Below, piece by piece: positions 42,201 through 61,659 of a DNA stretch of 64,000 nucleotides. The number at the start of each line of letters is the position of its first letter. Within the stretch, counting starts at the first letter, position 1. A program made the position numbers and the translations under genes. The notes below the pieces were generated by a model. That model saw nothing but the letters and a program-made list of their open reading frames with translations, made no database searches and had not been told where the DNA came from. This DNA comes from Amoebidium appalachense (Eukaryota > Protista > Ichthyosporea): assembly GCA_963693365.1 (NCBI GenBank), contig CAVNZM010000009.1, forward strand, positions 7,173,408-7,237,407. The letters are read 5' to 3'.

Positions 42201-42767
42201 GCCGTATGTTCTCCATCAGCTTGAGCACCACGGCGTTGACATCACCATTGAACACCTCCATGGGGCCTGCAGTAAACACACGGCGGTTGGTCACGTCGGC
42301 GTTGGGTTTGCCATCATCCCCCACCTGGTTGTCCACACCGTTGGCCTGCACGTGCAGGCTGATGATACGCACAATCAGCATGTCCCCCGCCTGCACATCT
42401 GCACGGGCCATGGCATCGAACAGCATGGCTGCAAAAAACTGGGGGAAATCAGTCACGTCAAGGGTGCGCAGGGGTTGGTACTCGAGGGTGTGCCACAATG
42501 GCCGCGTACACCCAATCCCCGTGCCTGCATGTCATCTACACGGGAACGCAGCCGCCAGTTGCCCTCGGCCGGCATGGCAATGATCTGGGGGTCATCGGGG
42601 TGGTTGATGGGGGCGGGGGCGGGGGGGAGGCCGGGGAGGGGTGGGGGTGGGGGTGGTGGGGCCAACATGGCCTGCAGGAAGGGGTGGGCCTGCAGGACCT
42701 GCTGCGGGTCGGCATCCAGTGCCCGCAACAGATCATCTTCAAACTCTTCCTGGCTCTCGCTGAACAT
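39223..42767 (-). pseudogene. pPolB N-terminal and central part (N-terminal extension, Cys-rich region, exonuclease remnant, Vsr-like insert, motif A)
   Basis: CYHC..HRC..CDNC..CDDCCGLF..CMANH; ELAFVDTLNFL..KGHFPH; Exo III YCVKDV; FFHGCVFHGCPDC..MWEC; AFFGGRTE; YVDVTSLYP; PVLP..LCRAC..CTH..ER..GTW..EL. Several frameshifts. Exo I and II were not found (probable deletion near 40900). Confidence 0.9.
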
Positions 42768-43111
42768 CTTGAATGGTAACCTTAGATCTCAGACTGTAAT
42801 CTTATAAATCTCAAGACTTAGTATCAATCTAATCAATGGTTGCTAGCCTGGCTGTGCCAGAGCAACGCCTCAATAAAGAACAGTATGCAAAATAACGTCT
42901 CTGTGCCTGTGTCTATTAAATCTCAAAGCCCAGTGAAATCTCAAAAGCAAAAATCTCTCCAAATCTCACGAAGCAGTACGCAAAAACAATAAGTCTGTGC
43001 GTGTGTCTGGTCGCCGCCGGCCAGCCGCCTCTGTTTACCAAAAACAATGAGCCATTCGCGGTCCTATTGGTCAATTTCGGGATGGAATGTACAGATTTCG
43101 GTTTACGCGCT

Positions 43112-43871
43112 CTGATTGGTCAGTTTTCCGGCAAATTTGCTTTTTCGCCTCCTAATTCCCATTGGGTGGCTATTTCCATTGGTCATTTTCCCATTGAATT
43201 CAGGATTCGAATTCCCATTGGTCAGTTTTCGTCGGAATTCAGAATTCTCGCATTCCTTCAATCCGCAGCACCTGTACGTGTGCGCACCACATGTACGCGT
43301 ACACGTACACGTCCACGCGGCGCGCCCTCTCTCTCTTTAATTATTTAGTTAAATTCATGTGCGCTGCACGTGTTTTACACACACAGTGTGTGCACGTGCT
43401 CCTGTACATATATCCACCCATATCTCATATCCCATATCGCGATGTGTGTACACAGATATCACACACCTCACATCCACTTATGCCATATCTTTGGGGGCTG
43501 CGGTTCTGATTGGTCAGTTTTCCGGCAAATTTGCTTTTTCGCCTCCTAATTCCCATTGGGCGGCTATTTCCATTGGTCAGTTTTCGCCTGAATTCAGAAT
43601 CATTTCGCATTCCTTCGATCCGCAGCACCTGTACGTGTGCGCACCACATGTACGCGTACACGTACGCGTACACGTGTTCCGCCCTCTCTCTCTTTAATTA
43701 TTTAATTACAATCACGTGCGCTGCACGTGTTTTACACACACACAAACAGTGTGTGCACGTGCTCCTGTACATATATCCACCCATATCTCATATCCCATAT
43801 CGCGATATACACAGATATCACACATCTCATATCCACTTATGCCATATTTTGCGATATTTTGGGGGCTGCGG
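43112..43871. repeat. Two tandem ~395-bp units rich in ATTGG (CCAAT) boxes, upstream of pPolB
   Basis: CTGATTGGTCAGTTTTCCGGCAAATTTGCTTTTTCGCCTCCTAATTCCCATTGGG occurs at 43112 and 43507. Both units end in TTTGGGGGCTGCGG. Confidence 0.9.
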
Positions 43872-43932
43872 GACCGCGTGAATGTGACGTCACACCTGTG
43901 ACGTCACCATTCACGGGGTGCCGCGCCCCCAA
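43859..43932. other. Imperfect 74-bp palindrome containing two internal GTGACGTCAC palindromes (branched hairpin)
   Basis: TTGGGGGCTGCGGGACCGCGTGAATGTGACGTCACA-CC-TGTGACGTCACCATTCACGGGGTGCCGCGCCCCCAA: ~36-bp arms with two mismatches and two bulged bases. Confidence 0.9.
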
Positions 43933-43949
43933 TTGTCCAATGCGAACGA

Positions 43950-44733
43950 CGGGGCTGGACACCATCGAGTTTGTCGACGACGTCGACCGGCTGAGGCTGC
44001 TGGTGACCAACCCCAACCTCCTGGTGCTCGACGTCGAGCCCATCGGCGAGCAGGGGGTGGCCATCAAGTACCGGCCCAAGAAGGAGACGGCCCCACCCCC
44101 CTCCTATGCCAACATTGCCATTGGCACGTACGTCACGGCACATGCCCGGCTGCACCTCTACGGGGCCCTCCGGTCCCTGTCCCCCCAGCAGGTGGTGTAC
44201 ATGGACACCGACTCCACGTGTACCACTACGACAGCCTGAGGGTGCCCCACCTCCGCCACAACATCGACTCCACCAACGGCGACCTGCTGGGCAACTGGAA
44301 GAACGAGACCACCACCCCCATCGTCGAGTTCGTGGGGGTCACGGTGGCCCCCAAGACGTATGCCTACCGCACCCAGGACGGCAAGACCGACGTCAAGGTC
44401 AAGGGCATCATCCTCTCCCGCCGTGCAGCCGACACCGTCAACATGCCCAACCTCTGTAGGCTGGTGCACGGCGAGCTGCCGAGTGTGAGCGTCACCAACC
44501 ACCGGCTGCTCCGTGAACCCGTGCCCGGGGTCCCCCACAACTACCACCTGGCCAGCAAGGACCAGCGCAAGACACAGTCGGGTGCCTTCGACAAGAGGGG
44601 GGTGTTTGAGGCGGCAGACGGTAGTGTACGCAGCTACCCCATTGGGTGGGCTGCACCGGAGGGCACTGTGGCTGCAGTTTTGATTAGGGGAGGCTGGGGG
44701 TTAGTTAGAGCATGCGGACCATACGTAGTCTAA
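43950..44733 (+). pseudogene. pPolB C-terminal fragment (right, inverted copy)
   Basis: Reverse complement of 26603-27376 with a few indels (GLDTIEFVDD...YMDTDS...APKTYAY...KVKGI). Starts abruptly 17 bp after the hairpin. Confidence 0.95.
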
Positions 44734-45064
44734 GCACCTGAAGTTACATTAGAGTAAATTTGAAAATTATATGAGGTGTCTGTTAACTTAGCTTTGAAAG
44801 ATAGAAAAATGGGGTACCATGTGCACGGGCAGGGGGGTCAGAAGAAGAACTTAAAGAAAAAGAGTGTGTTTTTAGGTATACACCATGTGCACCGTGTGCA
44901 CGAGGGGCAACAGCCATTAAAATCAGGACTTAATGCAAACACAAACACAAACGTGTCGTTCAGCAGACCACCACATGCAGGCACAGGTAGAAACAACACC
45001 AACACCACCACCGTACATGCATACAAGGGTGGGAGGCTTGCCAGAAAGAACAGGCACCAAAACA

Positions 45065-45072
45065 TATAAAAG
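45065..45072 (+). promoter_or_regulatory. TATA box upstream of the VLTF3-like gene
   Basis: TATAAAAG ~100 bp before the ATG; conserved in the left copy (805-812, minus strand). Confidence 0.5.
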
Positions 45073-45618
45073 GCGCACACACATGTACACAAACACTTCA
45101 CTTTTTGCAACACCCGTAGACCACACACACACACACACACACACACGTAAGAAATTAAAATTAAAATGGACGAGGACACACTGCTAAGTATGGTGGCCGA
45201 CACCACAGACCCTGAGAAGCTGCTAGACTTGTGCCCCTTCCTCTATGACATGTACTGCAACACCACCACCACACAACCAAAACCACAGCCACCGTGTGCA
45301 TGTTGGTGGGCATCCTGCAAGGAGAGGGAGACGTGCACGGGGGAACACGACGAATACGAGCACGACGGAGGGGACCAGGAGTACGTGTACGAGGAGGGGG
45401 GAGGGAGGGGGGAGGGGGAGGAGGAGGAGGAGGAGGAGGAGGACTGGGTGTACGACGGGAGGGGGTGGGAGGGGAGTGACTGTGAGGGGAGGAAGACGTA
45501 CGAGGGACTCTGCACGGCCTTCTGGGACAGAAAGAGGTCTCAGCCGTACAGACACATTAACCACTTCAAGCAGCTGCTGCAGTCGGTGCAAGGGCTGAAT
45601 GCGTCTATGGGGGACATG

Positions 45619-50389
<4,771 letters not shown>

Positions 50390-50951
50390 ATGCAGGAGGG
50401 GGTGGTGGCAGCATTCAGGGGCGTGCAACACAGAGAGAGTGCAGACCAGGCAAGGAGGGTGTTGAGGCAGAACAAGCTCACACGGCACTACGTGCACGTA
50501 CCTTAGATCATGTTGAACAGGCTGTACGGGCACCCCCTCCCTAGGTTCACGTGCGAGCAGTTGGAGTTGCTGACGGGCATGTTTAAGTTTTCCTTGTCGT
50601 GGCACCGCCGGTACAAGGACGAGGCAAGGAAGAACTTTGTGGGGTACCCCTTCCTACTGGTGAAAATGGTAGGGTTAGTGAGTGGCATGGACGCAGAGGT
50701 GGTGGCCAGGCTGGTGCCTGCCGTCAAAAGCAAGGTGACTAGAGCAAAGTGTGACAGGGTGTGGGTGCAGCTGGAGAGGACCCTCAAGAACTACCACATG
50801 CTTACGGAATACAACATGTTTTGCTTGTAGCCTGGTGCTACTTGTACCTATAGACTTGGTGGACAAGACTTGTGCACAATACATTGGGGGTAGCAGGTGG
50901 CGGTAGGGGGTGTGCCAGCACGTACCCACACTACCATCGGCCCACTCCGGT

Positions 50952-51383
50952 TTATTTGAACACCACAGGTGCCGTGCGTATGGGCCGGTTGGCGTTGACA
51001 CCAGGCAACGGCACGGTGTAGGCCAACGGACGTTGCCGAAAGTCCCGTATGGTGGAGACGTCCATGACGTTCAAGTTGTTGTTCTGTTCCGGAAAGATGA
51101 ACGGTTTCTTGCGTGTAGGGGGACCGCCAATGTTGAGCTCCATGTTGCTGGTAGTTGCCTTGGTGTTCGTGTGTGTGCGGGGTTTGGTGATCGTGTTGGG
51201 TTTCTGAGTAGCACGAGGCTGTGTAGAGGAAGGGGTGGGGACGGTTTTCATGCCCTGGCCCGGAGTCTTGACTTTCTTCTGCGTTGGGGGCGGCGGTTTG
51301 ACTGCCGTAGGCTTCTTGGCGTCACGTGTCAGGGTGCTTTCATTGTCAGAAAGTACCGGGTAGTCGTCAAATTCGCCCGCCAT
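50952..51383 (-). CDS. 143-aa K/P/T-rich ORF, probably the truncated gag N-terminus of the Gypsy-like element
   Basis: ATG lies ~75 bp downstream of the putative LTR/PBS. No recognisable domain motif. Confidence 0.4.
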   Translation of the reverse strand: MAGEFDDYPVLSDNESTLTRDAKKPTAVKPPPPTQKKVKTPGQGMKTVPTPSSTQPRATQKPNTITKPRTHTNTKATTSNMELNIGGPPTRKKPFIFPEQNNNLNVMDVSTIRDFRQRPLAYTVPLPGVNANRPIRTAPVVFK

Positions 51384-51460
51384 GGTTGAAGAGATGCTTA
51401 AATGATTGAAAGATGTGAGATTCTGAAGGATGCGAGTTTCTTGAACTGCGCGGTCGCCAA

Positions 51461-52754
51461 TGTAAACAGTTGGACTAGTTAGGATAAGGCAGAGTGCAAC
51501 TGAATCAAAATAAAGACAGAGAACGGGTAGTAAGGCACGCGCGGCCAGGTTACTATTTGATGTGCTCGTTCAGAGTGATCCCCCGTACTGGGACGGCTTG
51601 TTTAAATAGCCCCCAGGTTCCGGATCATCTGGATGGGTGGCATTGATGCCTTCGTGACTTTTGACCAGTCAGAAGTTGCGATCGTCCTTATGTGCACACA
51701 GTGCACCCATAACAGGAAGCCAACTAAATAGGATAACTTTGTGGCAAATGATTGGTCAACACTTAAGCCCGTTTAGGTTTATACAAATGGGTCTGACTTC
51801 CTTATTGGTTCCGTTCGTTTAGCTACAGATGTTGCCTTCGTAGTGGATGAGACTTGCATTCCTATCCTAGCGGTTCTCGAATTTCTATTGGTTCGTACTG
51901 ACTGCACGGCCACTGCATGTTGCCGGCGCCGCGGCTCAGTCGTGAGCCGCAGCCCGCGGCTGTCGCGTATGATATTGATCTGATCATATGTACGCGGCGC
52001 CTCAGTCGCGAGCCGCAGCCCGCGGCTGTCGCGTATGATATTGATCTGATGATATGTACACAATTGTGGTATATTATACCGGATATCTAGTATGGATGTA
52101 CACAGGTTGAGATATACGCGCACGTGTACATGTATATATACCACTGTGTTTGATCTTAGGTAGGCCAGTATGCATGTCCCCCCCAGTCTTGTGCGCATGA
52201 GCATGGAGTTAAACATATGTGCACGTGCAACTTGCAGGATTATTCATGGGAAAACAGATATAATAGCCACATGGGACCGACACGTAGTAGAGGAACCATG
52301 AGCGTTAAGTTATAGTTTTATCATGGGAAAATATGCAAGTAGCCGTGAGGTATGACTGTGGAATGCATCGATAATCAAGTACTGTCACCCGATTGGCTCA
52401 CTAGGTTTACTGGAACCGTGATAGCCATGGGACAGAACCGTGAACCGTATGTGATTGGCTCTCGTAGCCAAAAAAAGCACATACCGATGCGCATGTCTGA
52501 GCCGCTGTGCGAGCTCCGATATAAGGGCATGTCGGGGGCTTCAGAGCTCACTCAGTGTGCTCGGCTTACTAGGTGTAAGTAGGACTAGCACGTAACTAAG
52601 CAAAGCGTGGTCTAGTCAACCCCGTTCATTTATAAACATATTGTTTGTCACAGACACACGATCATATTATACAACAACAATATCTACGTGATCGCTATGA
52701 TATGTACAGTATATTCGTAATAGTAAACATGTACGGCGTGTACAGATGTTTACA
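51461..52754 (-). mobile_element. Putative 5' LTR (1.29 kb) of a Gypsy-like element with adjacent PBS
   Basis: Terminal inverted octamers TGTAAACA (51461) and TGTTTACA (52747-52754). On the minus strand it is followed at once by TTGGCGACCGCGCAG (TGG-type PBS, 51446-51460). TATTTAAA at 51601-51608. The right border coincides with the abrupt start of a LINE RT fragment. Confidence 0.65.
51931..52059. repeat. Two tandem ~65-bp units with GC-rich mini-hairpins
   Basis: CTCAGTCG(T/C)GAGCCGCAGCCCGCGGCTGTCGCGTATGATATTGATCTGAT(C/G)ATATGTAC occurs twice. The first unit forms GCGGCTCA-GTCG-TGAGCCGC. Confidence 0.85.
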
Positions 52755-53360
52755 ACGGGGTGTACCACACTGCATTGGTGTTTTGTTAGAAGCACTCTTG
52801 TCTCAAACCTATGGTAGAGCTGTGGTTAATGGGCACCTTTCATATGGTTTTTCTCGTACTAGAGGTCTCTTGCAGGGTTCATTGCTTAGCCCCTTTTTGT
52901 TTAACCTATTTATAGATGATTTGGCTGTCAAGATTTATGCCGAAAACGATGACCCTATTAATAACTTTCCGCCTGCACTTCTCTATGCTGATGATCTGTC
53001 CCTCCTTGCCCGTACCCCTAGATGCCTGCAAAGATTGTTCGATGAAGTGTCAGAGTGGTGCAAGGCAAACCTTATGATCCTTAACATAGACAAATGTGGT
53101 GTTCTTGTACCTGATATAGCCAACAATTTACACACATTTACATTATCATCTAAAAATGTACCTATAGTTCCAGAATACAAATATCTTGGTGTTCCGGTTA
53201 ATTCTGTTGGTGTTATGTTTTCCCATATGGTTGAAAAGAGGGTAGAGCTGGCTCGTAAGCGGTTAGCTTTCTTCTCGGCTAATATTTTGAAAGACACACC
53301 CCTCCATCCTTCGATTAGAATTACATTTATTCTCACTTTTGTCTTCCCAGCATGTGAATA
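52755..53360 (+). pseudogene. Non-LTR retrotransposon RT fragment (a different, AT-rich family)
   Basis: RGLLQGSLLSPFLFNLFIDDL, LLYADDL, NIDKCGV, YKYLGV. Truncated at both ends. Confidence 0.92.
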
Positions 53361-54439
53361 TAGAGATCAGCGTGATTGCGCAAACACTCGATTGGTCCCG
53401 ATATCTGCCGCTAAGCAGTTTTCCGCTTGAAGCCTGTTTCTCCCAGGCAGAAGTGCGAGCGAAAAAAGGGTTTGCGTTTGTTATATACTAGGTCACTAGT
53501 AAGAGCCCGTAGTAACCAGAACAGCACAAAGCGAACACATACTCGGACGGGGACCCTGAGACACTTTTATATGTTTTTCTATGCGTTCAACAGTTGCTAC
53601 CAAAGGGACATAGTTAGTGAGGTAGTTCATAAGATAGATAAGATCTAGTCGAAACAATTCATCATCGGCAATACACCTTTTATCGACTGGGTTTGGAGCA
53701 AACAGAACGTACAGATATAAGTGAGAAGATAGTGGCTATGGATGTCATGTGCTTTCTGCATCAGGCTTTCATGCAGTGGCAAGGTGAAAACAGCAGTAGG
53801 ACGCAAACAGGTGGCTGGTTTGCCAAAGATCTTTCTACCATCGTGGACCTAAAAACTTCTTTTGCATGTGTTTGGCTGCGTGTTGGTGGGGTGCCCATGA
53901 AAAAGTTTCAGTCAATGCCTGTGGCAAAGTGCTGCTAAGGCTCAGGACCACACAAGCTGTACATATACAGGAGGAAGGTGAGAAAGGGGGTGGGAGGAGT
54001 GGGTGAGAGAGATGGGGGGGGGGGGGGGGGGGGGAGGGGGGGGTCAATAACCCAAAGCTGCCTTTATTGAGGCTAAATAGAGAAAGAGAGAGCTTGCGCA
54101 CACAACTTTAGTTCGGTGGAAAAACGTTTGAACTGATCACAAAGCTCTCCAAGCATACTTGAGTACGGACGCGGGAGCTGAGCTCAAAACGAAATATGGG
54201 GCGATTCTAAGGGATCTCAAAACAGGAGGGGCCATCTTCAACCTGAGTTGTAGGGTTGTATTACGGTTGGGAAGTTACTACTTATTGGATTATTATAGAC
54301 TGTCACTAATAACGAAATGTAGAATGAATGCTGTGTTACCTAAACAATAATATTCTATAAATGAATGTTGACCAACTGTGGCATCATTTTAAATCAGCGC
54401 CAACATATGATACTGAAGAGGTCTCCTTCCTTTCCCGGG

Positions 54440-54921
54440 CATTTCTCCCTTCCCCCTACCCCCCCCCCCCCCCGCTCCCCCCCCCCCCACACACGCACAA
54501 ACTCTTCCCTCCTCCTCCCCTCCCCTACCCTTCCCTGTCTCGGTACCCTTTCTGCCGCCTCGGCCCTCAGCAACCCCTATATCCCCCCCCCCCACACACA
54601 CACACACACACACACGCATATTCCCTCTCCGTACTCTCCGTCCCTCCGTCAGCCCCCCCCCCCCCCCCCCCCCCACACACACACACGTGACACCAAGATC
54701 TGACCTTCCCCCCTCCTTACTCTGACCCTCCCCCCTCCCCCCCCCCCCACCTCCTTACCCTTTCGCCACGCTCATATCCCCCCCCCCCTTCCTCCCCCCT
54801 CTCTCTCGCCTCCACACACCCATGCCTTCCCTTCCTGTTCGTTCTCGACCTTCCTCAGCATCCCCCCCCTCCCCCCCCCCCCTTCCTACATGTTCTCTCC
54901 CTCCCTCCCTCCCTCCCTCCC

Positions 54922-55002
<81 letters not shown>

Positions 55003-55051
55003 CCACCCATTTCCCTCAGGCTCCCTCCTTTCATGTTCGATTAGTTTACAC

Positions 55052-55107
<56 letters not shown>

Positions 55108-55165
55108 TCTCTCTCTCTCCCTCTCACTCTCTCACTCTCTCACTCTCACTCACTCTCTCACTCTC

Positions 55166-55197
<32 letters not shown>

Positions 55198-55321
55198 GAA
55201 ACGAAGTCTTTAAGTTCTAAAATCATGAAATAATGAAATGCCAGGAGGACAATCTGTGCCCCCCCCCCCCCCCCCCTCCCTACCCCTCCCCTCTCCCCCA
55301 AGCTCTCTCTCTCACTCTCTC

Positions 55322-55362
<41 letters not shown>

Positions 55363-55436
55363 CCCCCCCCCCCCCCTCTCTCTCTCTCGCTCTCTCTCTA
55401 TCTCCCCCCTTCCCCCCCCCCCCTCCCCTCCCCCCG

Positions 55437-55468
<32 letters not shown>

Positions 55469-55490
55469 TGCCTTCCCCCACCCCCCTCCC
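54440..55490. repeat. Low-complexity tract: poly-C, (CT)n, (CA)n
   Basis: Directly visible simple repeats. Confidence 0.9.
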
Positions 55491-56878
55491 CCTTACAACG
55501 TCTTGTTCTTTTGTTTTCGGCTTTCAAAGACTCATCTTCCGCATCACCGCTAGGCAGCTCGTTTGCAACTTGCATGTTGCGTCGCTTTTTCACCAGTAGG
55601 TCTCTCTCTTTAACCCCTTCCTCATCATCTCGTGATCACCCCGCTCACTAAGCTATTCTCGTATTTCCGTCATGATGAGCGTCCGCCTTAATTTTTATTA
55701 CACAAGCGAACCTGCGAAGGGTGTGCAAGAACGGGCTCTTTGGCACGTTCCAAGGGCAGACGATCTGCTAAAGCTTGCCATCTTTCCGATGTGTTCTAGA
55801 TGAAAGTGGTTGAGCATAAGGAAAGTTTCCTAAGGCGCCATAGAGATGAATTCTTGCGCCCTGCGTTACTTTCGCGTTTTTTTAGAGTTGTGTTCCTTTC
55901 GGATCCCTTCTTCTTACTTTTTTGGAGTGGGTGCCCGTGGAGGTGGGGCAGGATGTGAGCGTGGATCTCTGAGGTAATCCAGAGCGTGTCTTTCTTCGTC
56001 TATGTACTTTTTAGTTTACCCAAACGCAGCCAAACGCTCAAGTTAGTTTACACTCTTCAATTGCAATATTGTCTCTTCATTTCTAGATGAGCCTATGAAA
56101 CCATGGAACTTGTGGATCTTTTTCCTTGGGGTTTCCACACCACTCAGCTACACAGGCAGGCATCTTGAAAACTATCTACCACGATTACTTTACAGATGCG
56201 TACAAAAAATAGGAGGTGTAAAACACATAACATAGGACGCGTGTACGTGTTTGTTTGTTGTTAAATACTAAGTGTCCACTTTGCACGTGCACACAGCCGC
56301 ACCACCAACTCTAAGTATTATGTTTTTCTGCTGCCGTCGAAACCACGAAATTGCATATGCTTAGCGGCAGAAATCGTGTTTGCGCAAACCGCGCTGATCT
56401 CTATGGTTTACCCCTTCTCGCCGCTTGGATAAAGAAAGAGAGAACTAGAGCGCTTAAACCCCTGGCAAATTTCCTTGAAGCAGAAGTTGCCTCCTTTCTA
56501 TCTAACAACTGTTGTAAACCTGGGCCTGTAACGCTCTCGATATATGGTCTTACTGTTTCACATGTAGTCTCTGAGGATCTTACTTGAACCAATCATCAGT
56601 TAGAGGGTAATCAGCACTGGTATTCTGAATGTAATGACGTCATTTTAGACCTAAACATTGCTCGATTGTATATACGTTCTTTGCTGTTCACGAATACCCT
56701 TTAAGACTAAGTCTTATCACTTGAACTTTTCTCAACTCTTTTTTTTTTTTTTTTTTTTTGTGACTTCGCTCATCTCATCTTTCAACTAAAATCCATCATT
56801 TGCGCACTTCCTCCTCTCTTACACAAGGACTTAAACGAACCACACCACCACACACAAAGCTAGAAAATCAGTAGAAAA

Positions 56879-59783
<2,905 letters not shown>

Positions 59784-59932
59784 TCTGAGTGTGGTAAATT
59801 GGGATAAATCTTGTTAATGGGTGTTTGTTGAGATAGGGTTGTGATGAATTCTGAAGGAAATATACTTGCACACCTGCAGACACGTGCGCCCGCGTGCACA
59901 TGTGCGTACATACACGGGCGCTTACGTGCGCG

Positions 59933-60019
<87 letters not shown>

Positions 60020-60440
60020 CACATACACATGTTTATGTCTATGGGTGCCTCATTTTTTTTTTTTAAATCTTTCTTCCCAATCTTACCTGTGCACGTTATT
60101 CATCGCACACCTTACCAGCAAAAGGTATATGCAAGTGCAAAACGACTATCTGTAGTTACGTGTATGTTCGGTAAAAGTGCCTTGGGTACAGGAGCAACCA
60201 ATCTAATCATTCGTGTGATTGGAGGGTCACGGCGTACTGACACCATAAACTTTGTGTAACAAGCGAAAAATCATAACCCGTAGGCTAATTATAAGGAGAA
60301 ATATATCTGCATATTGTGCATCCGTTCGGAGACATGCGTGTGAGCACACATACACACACACGTGTGTATGCCCATGTACACTGCGGTACACAGCACGCAT
60401 AGCAATTTTTTGCATTCTGTGGGGCCCCCCCCCCCCCCCC

Positions 60441-60672
60441 CCCCTGCTCGTCTCTGATCAAGACGGGTGACCTACTCATGTTCAAGTGAAACAGTATCTG
60501 AGTTGGGTTTCGTTAACGAGGGGAATAGGTCGAAACTCGGGTACTGTGGATGACGTGGGCCCCCCCTGAGGATGGGCTCTGCTTATTATGCATACTCTTT
60601 ATGTATGGCTTGCATTCTGCATCGTGTTATCCGTTTGTTCTTGTGTACTTCGTACTTTTTGACGCATTCAAA
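60441..60672 (+). repeat. Second copy of the dispersed ~240-bp repeat
   Basis: Collinear similarity to 48313-48555. Confidence 0.72.
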
Positions 60673-60731
60673 CCCCCCCCCCCCCCCCTCTCCATCACCA
60701 CCACCACCACCACCACCAACCACCACCACCA

Positions 60732-60858
<127 letters not shown>

Positions 60859-61521
60859 GGATGGCGAATATTTGGGGGAAAAAGACAAAGAAAACGAAAG
60901 GCAACGAAACATACAAAAAAAAGAATGTAAGAAAAGAGGGAAGAAGCTTTCTGAGTGTGGAAGGAATGTTTCCAAACTTGGCTCCCACTGACCATGGGCC
61001 CTGTGGGATAGAGCCCCCCCCCCCCCCCCCCCCCCCCCCGCGTATACACTAACAATCGGAAGACATTATCCCCCAATGTGCTTGATTCAAATGACTTCGC
61101 AATTGTTTGTGTACACATTTGTCAATTGTGTATGGTCTAACTAAACATCGCACAAAAATACGCACGACGTCCCAGGCATGTGCAGGCGTACTGTACGCAA
61201 GTGCAAAAACAATTAACCCATGATTCAACTTGACTTGCCATGAAACGTGTATGTTTAGTATGTACGTTATATCAACCTTTTCCATGCAAATGTAGAACAT
61301 ATCCCTCCGTGCACGTGCGCGCGCGCAACGTCGTGTGTACATGTGTGTGTGTGTGTGCGTACGCTGGTGTGTTCGTGTGCGCGTGTGCGTGTGTGACATC
61401 GTGTGTCACAGAATCACAGTACCTTGTGTGCGTGTGTGCGTTTTTGTGTGTGTGGCGGGGGAGGGGGGAGGAGGGGGAGGGTATATGGGGGTGTGTGGCT
61501 GTGTGTGTGTGTGTGTGTGTG

Positions 61522-61562
<41 letters not shown>

Positions 61563-61625
61563 ATGCGTGTGTGTGTGTGTGTGTGTGTGTGTTGTGTGTG
61601 TTTGTTTGTGTGTGTGTGTGTGTGT

Positions 61626-61659
<34 letters not shown>

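Noticed and set aside
44776-45069. 97-aa ORF between pPolB and VLTF3
   Set aside because: No motif, low complexity, and it overlaps the probable promoter. Its presence in both copies only reflects recent duplication.
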